NCBI GenBank assembly: GCA_950097015.1
Contig: CATNEN010000001.1
Span: forward strand, 7,192,001 to 7,256,000
Source: Macrostomum hystrix
Taxonomy: Eukaryota; Animalia; Platyhelminthes
DNA length: 64,000 bases
Direction of reading: 5' to 3'
The stretch's first letter is position 1; each line of letters begins with the position of its first letter. The notes below the pieces were generated by a model. It ran no database searches and was not told the origin of the DNA. It worked only from the letters and a program-made list of their open reading frames with translations. Shown piece by piece: positions 58,627-64,000 of this stretch. A program made the position numbers and the translations under genes.

Positions 58627-59478
58627 AGACATCCAGAACACATTAGAATCCTCATTGGACATCCATAACACATCAGAATCATGTTGGGACATCTCGAACA
58701 CATTAGAATCATGTTGGGACATCCAGAACACATTAGAATCCTCCTTGGACATCCAGAACACATTAGAATCCTCATTGGACATCCAGAACACATTAGAATC
58801 CTCCTTGGACATCCAGAACACATTAGAATCCTCATTGGACATCCAGAACACATTAGAATCCTCCTTGGACATCCAGAACACATTAGAATCCTCATTGGAC
58901 ATCCATAACACATCAGAATCATGTTGGGACATCTCGAACACATTAGAATCATGTTGGGACATCCAGAACACACCAGAATCCTCCTGGGACACCCAGAACA
59001 CACCAGAATCCTCCTGGGACACCCAGAACACACCAGAATCCTCCTGGGACACCCAGAACACACCAGAATCCTCCTGGGACACCCAGAACACACCAGAATC
59101 CTCCTGGGACACCCAGAACACACCAGAATCATGTTCGGACACCCAGAACACACCAGAATCATGTTCGGACACCCAGAACACACCAGAATCATGTTCGGAC
59201 ACCCAGAACACACCAGAATCATGTTGGGACATCCAGAACACACCAGAATCATGTTGGGACACCCAGAACACACCAGAATCATGTTCGGACACCCAGAACA
59301 CACCAGAATCATGTTCGGACACCCAGAACACACCAGAATCATGTTGGGACATCCAGAACACACCAGAATCATGTTGGGACACCCAGAACACATCAGAATC
59401 ATGTTGGGACACCCAGAACACACCAGAATCATGTTGGGACACCCAGAACACACCAGAATCATGTTGGGACATCCAGAA
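58627..59478. repeat. 30-bp minisatellite (GGACAYCCAGAACACAYYAGAATCxxxxxx)n, about 28 copies
   Basis: Visible units with blocks of variants; source of spurious 275-283-aa ORFs. Confidence 0.97.
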
Positions 59479-60116
59479 TTAAGTAATACAGGAAGAAATA
59501 AAAATATGATATCTTAAATTTAGCATCTTAGCAAATTTAGTATCTTTTTTGCTTTTTTGTACCTTAAAGTTGTCAGATTTTTAAGTAGAACCTTACGAAA
59601 ATAGTTACGGATTTGGTCACTTTAGAAACTTTTAGATATTTGTAATTATTATTCCGCTTAGCACTCATCAATTCCATGGCGCGTGGCAATTCCAATGCAG
59701 ACTACTTCAAGTAGAGTGGAAAGTTGAGTCAGTGGCTACCATTTCACAGCACCAACAAGTGCACCCACCAGTGAAGGCCAATTCAAAGCTTAGCCCGCTA
59801 TTCATTATAACAATATGATAATAAGATAATAATATATCACTCAAAAGGGGTAGGGTAGGACTGCTAGTGCTCGGCTATTTTTTTAATTCAGCGAGCAAAG
59901 AATATTTAAATATTAATAAACCTGCTAAATATAGCGAAATTTATGTGTGAAAAGTAATTTTGCTTTTTATAACACGATCTGAGCATTTCAACTCAAAGCC
60001 AAAAGACCAAAAAACTGAGATTTTTGTTGGGACTTATGCCAGAAGACAGTTGCCTGAAAATCTTGAACATAGGGCTGACTTTTTTACTAAATCTGTAAAA
60101 TTAGATTACGTCCAAC

Positions 60117-60285
60117 GGGTGGTAATCACCTGTACCCTCTCGCACTATGGTCCTGAGTTCGAATCCGCGTCGAGGCCAAATTATTTTTTGGGGGCTTGTT
60201 GCAAAAATTCAAATTAGGGCCAACCTCCTTGGCACATTGAGAATACACTGACAATTAAACAGTCAGAACAGATCTAAACACCTAT
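60117..60285 (+). mobile_element. SINE family B, old degenerate copy
   Basis: GTTCGAATCC box B, GGGGGCTTGT and GGGCCAACCTCC blocks. Confidence 0.65.
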
Positions 60286-60550
60286 ATTGGTAGTAGTTAG
60301 AACATAAAACAAAGTAGGTAAATGTTTTTCCAATATTTTAGTCAAATTTTTCGAGAGATTGTTAGAAGTTTTTCGAGCAAAGTAAAATATTTTTTCGCAA
60401 ATCACAGACAAGCGCTTTTCTTACGTCGCAAAAAGCAATTTGTCCAAATTCTGGGTAAATAATTCTTTAAAAAACTAGCGCTTGAAATAAAGGTTGAACA
60501 ACTGACATCAATAACGTTCTCTTCTCAATCAAAGCGCTCAGATCATTCGT

Positions 60551-62069
60551 CTAGAAGGCCTTGATGAGTGCCAGGATAGCAATGACCGCCGATGCAGCCA
60601 CGGTCCATTGGCCTTTGACAATGTGCCCGGAGTTGCAATAATTTGTAGTGCAACTGCGGCAGTTTGTGTAGGAACTGTACAGACTGCAGGTGCCACAGCC
60701 GGCGAAGAAGAACTAAAAATTGTTGGTAGATTCGGGTGCAACAGTTGTAGTCTGTTATGAAATGAAAACACGATGCCAATTAAAAGCAGCGGGCTAACGC
60801 GTTTGCCTCGCGCACCAAAGTCCCTGAGCATGATTCCACGGCGAGGCCACATTCATTTGGGGCGCAGTCGCGGAGAGAAGGCTTGGGGGCTTGTCGTGCA
60901 ATTTACGCCCTTGAGGGCCAACCTCCAGGGCACTGTGAGAGTGTACACTGCCTGACGATGAGAAAGTCACGGCAGATATGTTCACACCCTGTGTGAGCAT
61001 GTGCCTGCGTACAGTATCTGTGTGCGTGTGTGCTCATAGAGTCAGCGAAATGGGCAGAATTGCCTCCTCGCTGGCTGCAGGTCTAGTGTCACTAAATGAT
61101 GTACCATTGCGCGCAGCCCTCCTGCAATAAAAATAATAATTATTTATTATAGACATCACTAACTCACATTGATGGACCCGAATCCGTAGCTGTACTCGTA
61201 GCAGCTGCTCACTGTGCAGGTCTTTCTGGTCCGGCTGGTGTACAGGTAGTCGCCTGTGCTGTAGTAGCAGCTGATGGAGGCAGGCTTGGTGTTGCATAAG
61301 TTAGTTGAGCAGCTGGTGCAGGCATAATATGTGGTCTGAGTGCTTGTGCACGTGCCACAGCCAGCGTAGCTATACTAAAATGTTTCGTACGACGTTAGAA
61401 AAAAATTAGAGAAATTTTGAGCAAAACAGCAACCTGAAATCTTGCACCTACATCTCCACTCGTGTAGCTGTAGCAGAAATTATCAATTGAGCAGCTGATT
61501 GTAGAGCCATTGCTGCTAGAAGTTGTTGCGAATCGTGAGTAGCAGCTGATGGCAGCCTGAGTCCCGTCTATTTAAATTAAACGGGTAAAAACCTCGGCTA
61601 GTCAGTATCACTTTTTCTGAGGTTCATAAACAATAATAACAATAATAACAGGAGGGCAGTGGCACATCATTTGGTGACACTAGACCCGCAGCCGGCGAGG
61701 AGGCAATTCTGCCCATTTCGCTGACTCCTGAGCACATACGCTCACAGATACTGTACGCAGGCACATGCTCACACAGGGTGTGAACATATCTGCCGTGACT
61801 TTCTCATCGTCAGGCAGTGTACACTCTCACAGTGCCTTGGAGGTTGGCCCTCAAGGTCGTAAATTGCAGGACAAGGCCCCAAAAAATATGGCCTCGCCGC
61901 GGAATCGAGCTCAGGGACCTTGGTGCGAGAGGCAAACGCGTTAACCGGTCTGCCACCGACCCCCCAGCGGTTGAGCTTGGAAGACATTAAATGACGCAAG
62001 CAGCTTACCTGTCAGACAGACTAGTAGAACAATCACGATTGCGAGCTTAATCATGCTGAAACCCGACAT
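60551..62069 (-). CDS. Cys-rich two-domain Ly6/three-finger-like, putatively GPI-anchored protein C (exons 62069-62009, 61567-61452, 61374-61168, 60712-60551)
   Basis: MSGFSMIKLAIVIVLLVCLT; ISCY..C..FCY|YSYAGCGTC..CTSCSTNLCN..SCY..C..CYEY|FFFAGCGTC..CRSCTTNYCNSG..AVIAILALIKAF*. Confidence 0.88.
60787..61148 (+). mobile_element. SINE family B (gene C intron 3)
   Basis: Near full-length match. Confidence 0.9.
61630..61965 (-). mobile_element. SINE family B (gene C intron 1)
   Basis: Near full-length reverse-complement match. Confidence 0.9.
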
Positions 62070-62230
62070 TTCCGTTTAAACCAACGAAACAGAGGTGTGG
62101 TTAATTTAATATTATGATTAGTTTTCCCGCTTCGCTTTGCATAAAAAATGTTACATTTCTGTTAGATTTATATACACAGTGGCTATTGACGATGCTTCGA
62201 GTGAGACTGCGAGTCTGTGCGCTCAATTGT

Positions 62231-62244
62231 GTCACCATGGAGAC
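62231..62244. promoter_or_regulatory. RFX X-box-like palindrome GTCACCATGGAGAC
   Basis: 162 bp upstream of the gene C ATG. Confidence 0.45.
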
Positions 62245-63758
62245 AACACAGAAACAAGTGAGCTATTTTTAGATCGAAAATAAAATATTGTCAGGCCAAT
62301 TTTCAGTGAGTAAGACAGGCAGGGACGAAGTGAGAGAAAGAATCCTGCGAACTTGCAGGTGTCACTGCACAATTGTTTTCAAGAAAGGCCACTATATGCA
62401 AGACTCGAGAAATGGTTACCATGAAATATAGGTCTTTACCTAGTGTCTCTACCACTCGTCGCTTTAGGCAATTTCGAAAAAACTGCCTCTGCGAAAAATA
62501 GAAAGCAAAAAAACACCGAAGCTTTTCTGGGCTTCTTACTCTGAGCAGTTTCATCAACCAGTATTTTTTTAAAAATAGCTTTAAATGAACTGACGCACTC
62601 GCTAAGTACTTCAGTTTGCATACAATAGCTTTGCCATGCATTTGTATTTCACTCATCTAGCACTGAGTCATTGCAAACTCCAACAGCACTCACGGACAGT
62701 CGCTTCATCGAGTGAACCAAAAAACCGTCACAGTAATAATTTAAACTCGCGCGAGCGTTACTTTTATTGAAAAATGTTATAAACACAGTCGTTAAGATAT
62801 GAAGTGCAAATTCATTGATAAATATCTGCCATTTTACAAGTGTCTTGTTAAAGAATAGAATTTGTTCCAGAGGAGTCGGGAATCGAACCCCTTAACCCCT
62901 AACCCGCAACAGATTTATTATCCAGAACAATTCAGACAAGCCGGCGCTATTTTGACAGCAACTTGTCAAGGTACAATAGAAGGTGAGACGCGGCTTTGCT
63001 GCTTGGCGAAGAAAACACAATTAGCAAAGCCTGCAGACTAAAAAAACCAGAATAGAAAGCGCTATTGTAAATTAAAATAGCCGGCTACACAGCTGCGGGG
63101 GACAAAGTTGACAGGTGATGCGCACTAAAATAAAAAGAGCTTGTAGCCCAACTGTACTTGGCAGGGTTTGGCACCCTTCCCCAGTCTGCAGACTGAATAG
63201 TTGCACGTTCAGACAATGGAAGCAATACATGCAGCTTCGGCTGTACCAGTGGCTGGTTCCAAGGTCCTTGGAAAATTTATATCCCTCGTTGAGTAGCTCG
63301 TTAGCACGAGTGATACCAACCTTTTCTAGTGATACGGCTTTTCCTGTCCCTTCCCTTGCCCTATGACTCATCCCACGTGTCCTTGAGACGTCAATGTCTT
63401 TCATATTTTCCTTAAGTTGGGGATAGTAATACTGAAGTAATACATAATCTTATTATTATAGTTGTACATCCACCTCCCTTTGTCTATTTGTTCTTAAATT
63501 ATATATATAATTTAATAATCTTAAGTCTAGCGTACAGCCCCAATATTTTTTTATTTTTAATTCTTCCAGATGCACACCCACCCCACATCCGTCCCAACCA
63601 ATCACCACACGACGACCCAAGCCACGCGATTCGTCTGTCTGGTAAAAAGGTCAAGGTCTGGCGGATCATGCGATCAAGGCGTGGCCGCGTTTTCCACATC
63701 GTCGAAATTGAAAACCCCTGCAGATAAACTTCACCCTGCTAGCAATTGCGTTAGTTTA

Positions 63759-64000
63759 TACGAGGGTTGTCCGGCCAAAAATAGGACTGCTTTAATAACT
63801 CAGCAACAATGCATGCAAACAAAACGAAACTTGAGTCACTTCTCAACAAAGTTGCCACCTTTCTCCAGACACCGCTCCCACCTCACCAGCCACTTGTCGA
63901 AGGCCTCAGCGAAGCTAGACGCAGGCATAGGGGTCGTGACCCCCTCCCAAGTATTCTTGACCTCCTGTAGGGAGTCAAAACGGGCGCCAGCGATCGCGGC
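63759..64000 (-). mobile_element. Mariner (Tc1/mariner) transposon, 3' end; runs off the window
   Basis: TA followed by a CGAGGG terminus at 63759. The - strand 64000-63836 reads AAIAGARFDSLQEVK...FAEAFDKWLVRWERCLEKGGNFVEK*, the typical mariner transposase C-terminus, with no stop in the visible part. Confidence 0.9.

Noticed and set aside
1068-59478. CRISPR-like appearance of the arrays
   Set aside because: Units are head-to-tail without unique spacers, there are no cas genes, and the context is eukaryotic.
58611-59517. Cys-rich repetitive ORFs (MILVCSGCPN)n
   Set aside because: A 30-bp minisatellite open in several frames on both strands; no gene structure.
63072-63727. Coding-like stretch next to the mariner
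   Set aside because: No recognisable domain or consistent splice structure; a faint transposase resemblance is too weak to call.

Overview
This is eukaryotic (animal) genomic DNA, not prokaryotic: it contains GT-AG spliced genes, tRNA-derived SINEs and many minisatellites. The style suggests a free-living flatworm such as Macrostomum, but that is an unverified inference. I assembled these gene models by hand from splice sites and reading-frame continuity: a secreted WSC+PAN protein plus a degraded WSC paralogue; a PLP-dependent serine racemase/threonine dehydratase-family enzyme; brain tumor (brat, TRIM-NHL) retaining an N-terminal RING; a 13-exon NWD1/2-like NACHT-WD40 STAND protein ending in a CaaX box; AASS (LKR/SDH); an intronless TRIM/NHL-like ORF with a deleted copy inside an AASS intron; a PAN+fibrinogen-domain gene; and three paralogous four-exon Cys-rich, probably GPI-anchored Ly6/three-finger-like genes that the ORF track largely misses. 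Each of the three has an RFX X-box-like palindrome upstream. Mobile DNA comprises two SINE families (about 15 copies), a Mutator-like relic with PHD and FLYWCH remnants, two MITE-like foldbacks, one clear and one probable solo LTR, a possible LINE fragment and the 3' end of a mariner. Many of the long ORFs in the track are artefacts of tandem repeats. I found no CRISPR array, rRNA or bona fide tRNA gene.
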